A stretch of DNA of 64,000 nt. Origin: an uncultured delta proteobacterium (lineage in GTDB: Bacteria > Myxococcota_A > Polyangia > Polyangiales > Polyangiaceae). The notes beneath the pieces are model-generated. The model did not search any database. It saw only the letters and a list, made by a program, of their open reading frames with translations, and had not been told where the DNA came from. Location of the stretch: positions 640,001 to 704,000 of the forward strand of contig CAWJCS010000005.1 of assembly GCA_963841435.1 (NCBI GenBank). The letters run 5' to 3'. Positions 49,441 through 58,365 of this stretch are shown here, piece after piece (within the stretch, counting starts at the first letter, position 1; every line of letters starts with the position of its first letter). Made by a program: the position numbers and the translations under genes.

Positions 49441-50139
49441 ATGTTAGACCGAACGCGCTACTTTCGGGAGGTTGGATTCTTGGACCTGATTTTGAGCTTC
49501 TGGGACGTCCTCAGCCACCTCGACGTCCATCTCGCGGAATGGGGACGCGCGTTCGGCCCGTGGCTCTACGTCATCCTGTTTGCCATCATTTTTGCCGAGA
49601 CGGGGCTCGTGGTGACGCCATTTCTGCCGGGCGACTCGCTGCTCTTCACGATCGGCACCCTCTGCACCGTCGCGGGCATGCCGCTCGACGTGCTTTTGGT
49701 CGCGCCCCTCTTGATGGCCGCCGCCGTGCTCGGAGACGCCGTGAATTATTCGATCGGCTACAAGCTGGGGCCGGCCGTGTTCACGAGCGAGCGGTCGCGC
49801 CTGTTCAATCGTAAGCACCTCTACCGCACGCAGGCGTTTTACGAGCGCTACGGCGGCAAGACCATCATCATCGCGCGCTTCATCCCGATCGTGCGCACCT
49901 TCGCCCCGTTCGTCGCCGGCATCGGCAAGATGCAATACCGACGCTTCTTCGGCTTCAACGTGGTCGGTGCCGTGGCGTGGGTGGGGCTCCTGATCGGCGC
50001 GGGCTACCGCTTCGCGGAGCTGCCCGTCGTCAAGAAGCAGTTCCACTACGTGATCTTCGCGATCATCCTGCTCAGCATCCTGCCGGCCGTCGTGGAAATC
50101 TCGCGAGAATGGCTGCGCGCCCGCAAGGCGAAGGCCTAG
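49441..50139 (+). CDS. dedA: DedA family membrane protein
   Basis: FAETGLVVTPFLPGDSLLF, GGKTIIIARFIPIVRTFAPFVAG. Confidence 0.95.
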   Translation: MLDRTRYFREVGFLDLILSFWDVLSHLDVHLAEWGRAFGPWLYVILFAIIFAETGLVVTPFLPGDSLLFTIGTLCTVAGMPLDVLLVAPLLMAAAVLGDAVNYSIGYKLGPAVFTSERSRLFNRKHLYRTQAFYERYGGKTIIIARFIPIVRTFAPFVAGIGKMQYRRFFGFNVVGAVAWVGLLIGAGYRFAELPVVKKQFHYVIFAIILLSILPAVVEISREWLRARKAKA

Positions 50140-50241
50140 TAGCGCTCCCCCCGCCGTTCCGCGGACCGTGGCATCGACAGCGTGCAATCTGCCAGGGCGC
50201 TTCAGCGCGCCGACGGGCACTGACTCGCGCGAGGCGTCGGC

Positions 50242-50490
50242 TCAGGCGCTCGTCTTCGGCTCGCCCGACTGGTCGCTCGACTTCTCGGGCGCGTCCTTGT
50301 CGGGGCCCTTGTCGCTGAGCTGCTTCGAGTCCTCGGGCTTTGGCTCGGGATCGTCCGTGCTCAAGCCCTTCTTGAACGAGCGAATACCCTCGCCGAGACC
50401 TTTACCGACACCTGCCAGCCGGTTGGGGCCGAAAACCAGCAAGACGACGAGGATGACGAGGATCCAATGAACCGGGCTGAGCGTTCCCAT
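50242..50490 (-). CDS. tatA: Twin-arginine translocase TatA
   Basis: HWILVILVVLLVFG..RL..VGKGLGEGIRSFKKGL. Confidence 0.93.
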   Translation of the reverse strand: MGTLSPVHWILVILVVLLVFGPNRLAGVGKGLGEGIRSFKKGLSTDDPEPKPEDSKQLSDKGPDKDAPEKSSDQSGEPKTSA

Positions 50491-50570
50491 AGCGGCGGCC
50501 TCCTGGCCGAGAGCCTGGTTAGCATAGCACCCAGGCGATCGAAAACATTCCCGGGCGCGCCGCGGGCCCC

Positions 50571-51147
50571 TCAGGGCCGCAGAACGCGTCTCCAGTCCTC
50601 TTCGACGCGCCGCAGCGCCAGCACGGCGCCGTAGGACCGTTGGCCGAGCCGCGCCGCGAACCGCACCTCGATCGGGGGCTCGGCGGCCCCCATCGACACC
50701 AGGCGGACGAGCACTCGGTAGTCCCCCGCGAGGAGCTCGCCGCGCTCGAGATACACGTTCTCGAGATTTCTCCCGCGACACTCGCCGTCGCGACCCGGGC
50801 AGTCGCGCTCCTTCACCAGGCCGCTGCTCGTCGGGCGCCCACTCTCGGCAAGCTCGCCGTTCGGGTCGATCACTCTTCAGATCGACGTCCGCGGTGGGCT
50901 CGTCCCAGGACACGAGAAAGTCGGCAAGCCCCGTCGGCAGCCCGCACCCTTCGTCGGCGAGCCCGTTGCCGTCGTCGTCGAGCGCGTTGCCGCAGAGCTC
51001 GGGCGCCGTGGTCACGGCCGGTCGCAAGGGCAGCTCCGTGGGCTCCACGGCGCTTTGGGGCGCCGGCGGGCGCGACGGCGCGCAACCGACGTGCGCGCCG
51101 AACAGCGCGAGCGCGAGCCAGGGCGCGCGCGCTCGCTCGCCGGTCAC
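50571..51147 (-). CDS. Lipoprotein with a MopE-like metal-binding motif and a YfaP-like domain; apparent frameshift at about 50875
   Basis: HVG|C lipobox, ELCGNALDDDGNGLADEGC, VSWDEPTADVDL(x)VIDPNGE, NLENVYL. Confidence 0.65.
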
Positions 51148-53855
51148 GGGGCGTCCGGCATCTTGATCCCGGTGACGACCTTCGGGTTCATGAGCTCGAA
51201 GTAGGCCTGCCGGGCGGCTTCGCCCACGGCGCCGGGCTCGTTGCGCAGCGCGAGCAAGACCCCCTGTTCCTTCATGAACTTCAGGGTGCGCAGGGCGCCC
51301 GCACGCTTGGTTTCGTCGCTGCCCTTCGCCATCTGCCAGAGCCGATAGCGCAAAACGACGCGCGTGAACGAGTGCGGGCCGTTGTCGTAAAGCAGGTTGT
51401 CGAACTGCTTCGTCAGCATCACGCGCGCCCACTCCTGCGGCGTCTGATTGATGCTCACGTGCGACATCGCCTCGGCATTGTCCACGTACTTGAACAAGAG
51501 GCCGGCCTCGAGGTCGTCGGTGGACCAGTAGCCGAAGGTCTTGTACCAGAGCTCGCCGAGCTCATCGAGCGCGGGCTTGGCGACGCTCAGCGGCTTGGTT
51601 CCATAGAAAGCAACGGCGCGAGCCGCCGTCTCGGGCGAGCCGCCGAGGATCAAGGCCAGCGCCGCATCGTTGATCAACACGTCGCTGTTCATCATTTCGA
51701 ACAGCTTCTGCTCGATGGTCGCGTCGAAGCCGCCCTTGGCGAGGGCGCGCGCCACCTGGTGCCGCGTTTCGATGGCGGCTTCTGGCGTGAACAGCGAGAG
51801 CAGCGCCGGCGCCGTGCCGGGCACGGGACGCTGGATCAGCGACTCGAGCAGACACTCGCGTCGGAACTCGTCGGGCTTCTCGTTGCCCTTGTACTCGTCG
51901 ATCTTCTTCGCAATCTCGAGAAAATCGTCCTTCTCGGCGACCCAGGCGAGCGCGGCACACGCGGCCTTCCGGCTCTGCTCGTTCTCCTTCGTGTCCTCGA
52001 TGTACTCGAGAAGCATTTTGAAGGCCTTGTTGTCGCGCCATTCGGAGAACCCGTCGGCGGCGCCGACGCCGATGGCGCGCAGCGACATGCCGAGGATTGC
52101 GAGGCCGCCCTGATAGAGGCCGTCCATCGTGACGTCGAGCTCGTCAGGCTTGGCGTGAATGGCCTTGTCGAGGCTCTTCCACGACTGCTTGTCCTTGAGC
52201 CACCCGACGTAACGCAGGGCGCTCTGCGCGATCACCCACTCCTCGGGCATCGGAGGCTGCTGACCTTCCTTGGGGAGCGGCTGGTCGGGATCCGCCCACT
52301 TGCGGAAGGCGTCGATGTCCTTGGTGGAGCCCATGGCGGCGAGCGCGCGCAGGCCGTTGGCGTGCGGCGACGGCAGCTCGTGGATCCAGAAAATGACCGC
52401 GTCCTCCGCCTGCTCCTGGATGAGCGGGAGCTTGTCGGGATGCAGGATCGCGAGGTCGGCGATCATGCGGGCCGCCATGACGCGCTCGTCGTCGGTGCGC
52501 TTGAGCCCCATCTCCCAGTCGTTCTGGTCGGAGTAGATCTTGAGCGGATCCATGCGCAGCCGCTTGGCGAGCGTCGGCACGGCGCGAATATCGCCGATGG
52601 CCGCCAGCGCGAGCGCTGCGTGCGTCTGCAGGTGAATGTGCGGGTTCGACTCGATGTACTTGTAGAGCGCGTCGGCGCCGCTCGGATCGTTCAGGCCCTG
52701 GCCCGGCTTGAAGGCGTCGGTCGCCTCGATCACGTGGATCATGTTGAGCAGCTGCTTCTTGAAGTACCAAGCAGCCTTGCCCGGCTGACGATTGTCGTCC
52801 GGCGGATCCTCGGTCGGCGCGGCCTGCAGCGCGACGACGAGACCCTGGGTCCCGATGCCGTCGCGGATGGCCTCGAAGTACTTGGTGCGGCTTTCCTTGT
52901 CGACGCCGCGCAGGGCCGACACGAGCGGCTCGGTGGCCCGCGCGTCGCCGATGCGGCCGAGGCCCGGCGCCGCCTGGCGCGCGACCTCGGCGTCCTTGTC
53001 CTGCACGAGCTTGATGAGCGTGTCCGTGTACTTGGGCTCGGCGTGATCGGAAAGCACGGTGGCCACGAGCTGGCGCACGGCCGCGCTCTCGTCGTTGGCC
53101 ATCGTCGCGAGCTTGTCGATACCGATGAGGTTCACGATCTTGTTGGGATCGAAGGCAATGCCGCCGCCGAGGCGCTGCACCTTCGCGAGGTGCCCGAGCC
53201 GATAGAGCTTCATGACCTCATCGAGCGCTCGCGTGTCACCCAAGACGACGAGCGCCCAGGCGATCTGAGGCCTGGCGCCTGGCCCCGCCTTGGCGAACGC
53301 CGCGAGCAAGCTGTCGCGCGCGCCGTCGGCCATGGGCCGCCCGTACTCGGCGAGCGCGACCGCGGCCATGCCCTGCACGGCCTCCGACGGATAAGCGAGC
53401 GCCGCCGCGGCGGCCGGGACCCCTTGGGGATCCCTTTCCCACGCGAGCTGTTTGAGCGCCTCGCAGCGCAGCTCGTCGCTCGACTCCTTCGTCGCCCACT
53501 CTCGCCACGCTGCAAGCTGCTCGGCCTTCGGCTTGACGAAGATGTCCTTCTTGATCGCCTCGCCTTGCTCGATGGTCAGCCGCTCGGCGTCTTTCTTCAT
53601 GCCGAAGAACAAGAAGCCGGCGAGGCCGAGCACCGCGAGCACGCCCACGGCGATCACAGCGGGATTGAAACGGCCCTTCTTGAAATCGCCGTCTCCGCCG
53701 CCGTAGCCGCCGAAACCGCCTCCGGCGGGAATGCCGGGACTCGGAGCGCCCGGGATGTCGTCGTCGGGCGGCCATTTCGACAGGTCAACCTTGGGCACGA
53801 GCGCGACAATCGGCGGCTTCGGGGGAGCAGCGTGAGGGATGTTGGGTTCGAGCAT
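51144..53855 (-). CDS. Membrane-anchored HEAT-repeat protein (about 900 aa)
   Basis: Low-complexity N-terminus, TM VIAVGVLAVLGLAGFLFFG, HEAT repeats (DESAAVRQLVA, DAEVARQAAPGLGRIGD). Confidence 0.82.
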   Translation of the reverse strand: MLEPNIPHAAPPKPPIVALVPKVDLSKWPPDDDIPGAPSPGIPAGGGFGGYGGGDGDFKKGRFNPAVIAVGVLAVLGLAGFLFFGMKKDAERLTIEQGEAIKKDIFVKPKAEQLAAWREWATKESSDELRCEALKQLAWERDPQGVPAAAAALAYPSEAVQGMAAVALAEYGRPMADGARDSLLAAFAKAGPGARPQIAWALVVLGDTRALDEVMKLYRLGHLAKVQRLGGGIAFDPNKIVNLIGIDKLATMANDESAAVRQLVATVLSDHAEPKYTDTLIKLVQDKDAEVARQAAPGLGRIGDARATEPLVSALRGVDKESRTKYFEAIRDGIGTQGLVVALQAAPTEDPPDDNRQPGKAAWYFKKQLLNMIHVIEATDAFKPGQGLNDPSGADALYKYIESNPHIHLQTHAALALAAIGDIRAVPTLAKRLRMDPLKIYSDQNDWEMGLKRTDDERVMAARMIADLAILHPDKLPLIQEQAEDAVIFWIHELPSPHANGLRALAAMGSTKDIDAFRKWADPDQPLPKEGQQPPMPEEWVIAQSALRYVGWLKDKQSWKSLDKAIHAKPDELDVTMDGLYQGGLAILGMSLRAIGVGAADGFSEWRDNKAFKMLLEYIEDTKENEQSRKAACAALAWVAEKDDFLEIAKKIDEYKGNEKPDEFRRECLLESLIQRPVPGTAPALLSLFTPEAAIETRHQVARALAKGGFDATIEQKLFEMMNSDVLINDAALALILGGSPETAARAVAFYGTKPLSVAKPALDELGELWYKTFGYWSTDDLEAGLLFKYVDNAEAMSHVSINQTPQEWARVMLTKQFDNLLYDNGPHSFTRVVLRYRLWQMAKGSDETKRAGALRTLKFMKEQGVLLALRNEPGAVGEAARQAYFELMNPKVVTGIKMPDAP

Positions 53856-54122
53856 GAGTCCTCGGGCGTGGCGGTCCGGTGGCGCCGCGTACGCTGGCAC
53901 ACACGCCCCGGACGGGCGCAGGGCCGGAACCTTAGCCCAGGCTGCTTTGCGTGTGGAGCCCAGGTTTCTCGCTCTCGTGAGCGCTTTTCGCGCGCGTTCT
54001 CGGCTCCGTTCGCGATGGAAGTTTCTTCCAACCTCCACGCGGTCGCTCGGCGCGGTCGTGGCGCGGTCGGCCCCACAGCCGGCGTCGCTCGGCGTATTAG
54101 GCTCGGCGGGGCTCCCGACGGC

Positions 54123-54824
54123 ATGATGGTCTCCTCGAAGGCACTCGCGCCAATCGGCGTTGCGCTGCTCACGACCGTGGTCGTGACGGTCCTTTCCTAT
54201 GCGCTGCCCCCGGCTCATCAGGCGACGGGCGTCGGCCTCGCCTTCCTCGTCGTCACCTACGTCATGGTGCTGCGCCATGACGGCGATGCCGTGGCGCGCC
54301 ACGGGCTCGCGCTCGGCGGGCTCCTCGAGCCAGACCCAATCTCGCTGAAGCGGCTCTTGCGGGATGCCGTGCGCGCCGTGCTTTGGGCGCTCGCGCTCGC
54401 GCTGCTGATTTTCCCGCCTTTCTGGCTCGGGTGGCTTTGCTTCTGGCACCCGGAAGGCGGCTTCGCTCGCGCTTCGTTCCGCACGCTCGCCGCCGACGTG
54501 CCGGGTCAGCTGCTCGTCATCGCGCTGCCGGAAGAGGCGTTTTATCGAGGTTACCTGCAGAGCGCCCTCGACGAGGCGTTTCCCGCCCGGCTTCGCGTGC
54601 TCGGGGCGCCGCTCGGCGCCTCGCTGCTCGTCACGAGCGCCCTCTTCGCGCTCGGCCACCTGGCGACCGAGGTGGATCCGAATCGGCTCGCGGTATTCTT
54701 CCCCTCCCTGGCGTTCGGTTGGCTGCGCGCCCGCACGCGCGGCGTCGGGGCGTCAATCGTCTTTCACATGGCCTGCAACCTCTTCACGGCGTTTCTCGCC
54801 GCAAGCTACGGGTTCTCTTCATGA
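54123..54824 (+). CDS. CPBP/Abi glutamic intramembrane protease, myxosortase (MrtC)-like
   Basis: LPEEAFYRGYLQ, LFALGH, RLAVFFPSLAFGWLRART, FHMACN. Confidence 0.85.
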   Translation: MMVSSKALAPIGVALLTTVVVTVLSYALPPAHQATGVGLAFLVVTYVMVLRHDGDAVARHGLALGGLLEPDPISLKRLLRDAVRAVLWALALALLIFPPFWLGWLCFWHPEGGFARASFRTLAADVPGQLLVIALPEEAFYRGYLQSALDEAFPARLRVLGAPLGASLLVTSALFALGHLATEVDPNRLAVFFPSLAFGWLRARTRGVGASIVFHMACNLFTAFLAASYGFSS

Positions 54825-55666
54825 CGTACGGAGCGCTGCTCGATGATGTCGTCAACCGCGCCCTCGCCGAGGATCTCGCGGCGGGCGACCCGACCACCGA
54901 GGCGGTCGTCGCCGACACCGCGCGCGCCGTCGGTCGCGCCGTCGCCAAGTCGTCGCTCGTGGTCGCGGGTGGCGACGTGTTCGCGCGCGTCTTCTACCGC
55001 GTGGACCCGGGGGTTCGCGTGGAGCGCTGCCTGCCCGACGGCGCTCGCGCCGCGCCGGGGGACGTGCTCTGGCTCGTGGAAGGGGCAACGCGCTCGCTGC
55101 TGTCCGCCGAACGCACGGCGCTGAACTTCGCGCAGCGGCTCACCGGCGTCGCCACCCTCACGGCGGAGTACGTGAGCCGGATCCCGGAGGGCACCTCGCT
55201 CCGCATCGCGGACACCCGCAAGACGACGCCGGGCTTGCGCGGGCTCGAGCGCGAAGCGGTGCGCGCGGGCGGCGGCAAGAACCATCGCAACAATCTCGGC
55301 GCCGCCGTGCTCATCAAGGACAACCACGTCGCGGCGGCCGGCGGAGTGCGACGCGCCGTGGAGCTGGCGCGGTCGCGCGTCTCACATACGGCGAGGCTCG
55401 AGGTCGAGGTGGAAACGCTCGCCCAGCTCGACGAGGCGCTCGCCGCGGGAGCGGACTGCATCCTGCTCGACAATTTCGCAAAGGGAGACGTGGCGGCAGC
55501 GGTAACGCGCGTTGGCGGGCGCGCGCTCGTCGAAGTTTCCGGCGGCGTCACGCTCGACCGCATCGCCGACCTGGCGCGCGCGGGCGTCAACGTCGTGAGC
55601 GTCGGTGCGCTCACGCACTCCGCCCCGGCAGCCGACATCTCGCTCGAGATCGAGCCGCTCGGTTGA
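54821..55666 (+). CDS. nadC: Nicotinate-nucleotide pyrophosphorylase (carboxylating)
   Basis: ERTALNF, DTRKTTPGLR, LIKDNH, ILLDN, SVGALTHS. Confidence 0.96.
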   Translation: MTYGALLDDVVNRALAEDLAAGDPTTEAVVADTARAVGRAVAKSSLVVAGGDVFARVFYRVDPGVRVERCLPDGARAAPGDVLWLVEGATRSLLSAERTALNFAQRLTGVATLTAEYVSRIPEGTSLRIADTRKTTPGLRGLEREAVRAGGGKNHRNNLGAAVLIKDNHVAAAGGVRRAVELARSRVSHTARLEVEVETLAQLDEALAAGADCILLDNFAKGDVAAAVTRVGGRALVEVSGGVTLDRIADLARAGVNVVSVGALTHSAPAADISLEIEPLG

Positions 55667-56457
55667 CGGCGTTCGATGCTGCTCGCTTCCGCGCGCTGCT
55701 CGCCGCGCGTCACCCGGGTCTCGGCGAGCCGCTCGAGCACGTCACGCTCACCGACTCGACCAACGACGATGCCCTGCGCGCCGCCGCGAGCGGCGCCCCG
55801 GACGGGGCGCTGTTCGTCGCCGAGGCGCAGCGAGCAGGCCGCGGACGGCGTGGCAGCACCTGGCTCTCGGAACCCGGTGAGGGGTTGCTCGCCTCGCTGT
55901 TGCTGAGACGCACGCTCACCCCGGAGACGGCCGCGCTCTTGCCCCTCGCGGCCGGCGCGGCCGTGCGCGCCGCCGTCGCGCTCGCTCTCGCCCCGAGCGC
56001 GGCCGCGCGTTCGGTCGGGGTCAAGTGGCCGAACGACGTGCTCGTCGATGGTAGGAAACTCGCTGGAATTCTCGTCGAGAGTCGGCTGCGCGGCTCGGGC
56101 GAAGCCGCAGTCGTCGTCGGCCTGGGTCTCAACGTGGGACGGCTAAGCCTTCCGGACGAGGTCGCGGCTCGTTCAACGTCACTCGGGGCGCTCGGCGCGC
56201 TCGAAATCATGAAGGAAACGTTGTTGCATGCCATCCTGACCGAGATCGCGGCGCGCCTTTCGCTGCTCGCTCGGCCGACTGGCCCCGCTGCCCTGATTGA
56301 GGAAATCCGGCAGCACGACGCGCTCGAAGGAAAGCGCGTCCGGGTCGAAGGGCGCCAAGGGATCGCGTCGGGAATCGACATCGACGGGAGCCTGTTGATA
56401 AGAGACGAGCAGGGTGACCTCCACTCACTGCGTGCGGGCCACGTCGAGCTCGTGTGA
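55663..56457 (+). CDS. birA: Biotin-[acetyl-CoA carboxylase] ligase (no HTH domain)
   Basis: DSTN, AEAQRAGRGRRG..W, KWPNDV, KLAGILVE, GLGLNV. Confidence 0.95.
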   Translation: MTAFDAARFRALLAARHPGLGEPLEHVTLTDSTNDDALRAAASGAPDGALFVAEAQRAGRGRRGSTWLSEPGEGLLASLLLRRTLTPETAALLPLAAGAAVRAAVALALAPSAAARSVGVKWPNDVLVDGRKLAGILVESRLRGSGEAAVVVGLGLNVGRLSLPDEVAARSTSLGALGALEIMKETLLHAILTEIAARLSLLARPTGPAALIEEIRQHDALEGKRVRVEGRQGIASGIDIDGSLLIRDEQGDLHSLRAGHVELV

Positions 56458-56586
56458 AGGCGGAGTCGGCCGGAGGAGGCCGGCCCGAGCTGGGCCGGCG
56501 CGGGTGAGGTCCCGGCGCCCCACTTGACGAGAAGACCGAGCGGAGCAAGCAGGAGCGAACGAGAAGCGCGCGAAGCGTCATGACGG

Positions 56587-56705
56587 ACGCCCCCCGAAGG
56601 CGACGCCTACCGGCATCTTCGCGGTGCGGCTTGCAGTCGATACGAAGACGAGGCATAAAAAGGAAAGCTAAGACCCACGTCTCGGGGGCGTGGTTGGAGG
56701 CCAAC
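56587..56705 (+). promoter_or_regulatory. Structured leader or candidate ncRNA upstream of the PHAX-domain gene
   Basis: Nested pairings 56587-56602/56678-56691, GCCT/AGGC, TCTTCG/CGAAGA, CGGCT/AGTCG; the RBS lies in hairpin GTTGG-AGG-CCAAC. Confidence 0.45.
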
Positions 56706-56708
56706 AGT

Positions 56709-57435
56709 ATGGCAACCGAAGAAACGGTGAGTGCGATCGCTAAGGCCCTAGGCGAAGCGGACGAAATTCCGCTCGCTCAGATTGCTGGTGTGGTTCAGGC
56801 GCTCGGGGAAGAGCAAGCTCGTACGCTGCTCACGGAAACTCTGGAGATCGAAGGCAAGGGCGGGATGATGCTGCCCGACGGCAGCCGCAAGCGCTCGCCG
56901 GGCGGGGTGTTCTTCTTCCTCTCGCGGCAACGCTTGAGTGTGGATGACAAGCACCGCATCTTCCGGGCGCCGAAGCCGGCGAAGCCTCCGTCTTCGTCCG
57001 CCCCTGAGACGAGCCCGTTCCCGCGCCGCCGCGTGATCGAGGTCGCGCCAGCACGGCCTGCGCCCGCAAGCCGGCCGCCTCGTCCGGGCTTCTTGCCGCC
57101 CGAGCTGCCCGTGGCCGTGAAGCGCGTGAAGGTGCGGGAGGCCATCCAACAGGCGCTCACGGCTCTACCGGCGGAAGATCAATACGGTCTGTTGCTCGAT
57201 TTCCTCGCCGACCTCCACGAGCGTCTCGGCTACCGCGTGCCGGAGTCTCAGCGGACGCCGTCCGTCTTCGAATCCGCCGACGCGTCCCGGCGCCGCCATG
57301 GGCGAGCCGCCGTCGTCGCAGCGTCCGATCCCCGTACCGGAGTCGGCCCGCATCTCGACGAGCGAGCCTCCCGTGAGCCAGGCGGCGCCGAGCGAGCGCA
57401 AGCGAGCCGCGGCCAGCCGCTCGAAGCGCAGCTGA
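56709..57435 (+). CDS. PHAX RNA-binding-domain protein; probable frameshift at about 57271 (the uncorrected ORF ends at 57455)
   Basis: GGAGG RBS; IAKALGE...IAGVVQALGEEQARTLLTETLEIEGKGGMMLPDGSRKRSPGGVFFFL matches the PHAX-RBD pattern (T..IE..GG...DG.R.R[TS]PGGVF..L). Confidence 0.8.
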
Positions 57436-57451
57436 CGCCGCGCTTCGAGTG

Positions 57452-58135
57452 CTAGGCCGCCCGCCGGGCGGGCGTGACCTCGACGCGTTGCTCGGAGGTT
57501 GCGCGCCGTCGTGCGCGAACCTCGTCGTGCACCACGCGAGCCGCACGACGAGGCCGCGGAGCGGGCAAGCTCCCCGGCTCGTTCGGCGCGGCGTCTCCGG
57601 GCTCGCTGAGCCGGAGCGCGAGCTGTCGGCGCCCGCGGTGCAGCCGGCTCATGATCGTTCCCACGGGAACACCGAGCTCGCGAGCCGCATCGCGATACTC
57701 GAGCCCGCCGAGGTCGACGAGCTCCACCGCGCGCCGATAGCTCTCGGGCAAGTCACGGAGCGCACGGCGCACGGCGCGCCCCACGAGCGCGGCGGGCGGC
57801 GGCCCGTCGGCGTGAACCCAAGAACAGGGGTCGAAGGTGACGCGCTCGAGGGCACGATGCTCGCGCCGTAGCCGCCGGTAGCGGGAGACGAACAGGCTCG
57901 TCTGGATCTGCCGCAACCAGGCAAATAGGTTCGACCCCGGCTCGAAGCCGTGCGCGTAGACGAGCGCGCGCAAGACCGTATCCTGAACGAGATCGAGCGC
58001 ATCGCTCTCGCACGCGCAGAGACGACGCGCTCGCGCGCGGAGGCGCGGCAGCTCCGCTTCGATCGCGAGACGAGAGCTCGCGACGCTCGTCGGAACGGCA
58101 TCGGGAACCAGTACGGTGGTCGGCGTCGGGGTCAT
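57452..58135 (-). CDS. ECF sigma-70 factor (no adjacent anti-sigma)
   Basis: LPRLRARARRL, DALDLVQDTVLRA, NLFAWL, LPESYR, PVGTIMSRLHRGR. Confidence 0.9.
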   Translation of the reverse strand: MTPTPTTVLVPDAVPTSVASSRLAIEAELPRLRARARRLCACESDALDLVQDTVLRALVYAHGFEPGSNLFAWLRQIQTSLFVSRYRRLRREHRALERVTFDPCSWVHADGPPPAALVGRAVRRALRDLPESYRRAVELVDLGGLEYRDAARELGVPVGTIMSRLHRGRRQLALRLSEPGDAAPNEPGSLPAPRPRRAARVVHDEVRARRRATSEQRVEVTPARRAA

Positions 58136-58365
58136 GCCTCGGTGCTCTCGCAAACCGCGTGCCACGTCCGAAGCGCACGCTCCAGCGCGGATCCGGGCCG
58201 ATCTCTGCGGCTGGCGAGCCACCGTCGCGTGTCAAACTGGCAAGCGCGCGTTTCCCGCTGACAGCACGTCCAGCGCGCGAGGGCCCGCCGCCCTCGCGGG
58301 ACGATTCTCGAGCATCGTCGAGCACTCCGCTCGCGCCGCACGGCCGACCGCGCGGCAGCAACCGA

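Noticed and set aside
50640-54122. 1394-aa plus-strand ORF (50640..54824)
   Set aside because: Antisense shadow of the HEAT and lipoprotein genes; only 54123-54824 encodes a recognisable protein.
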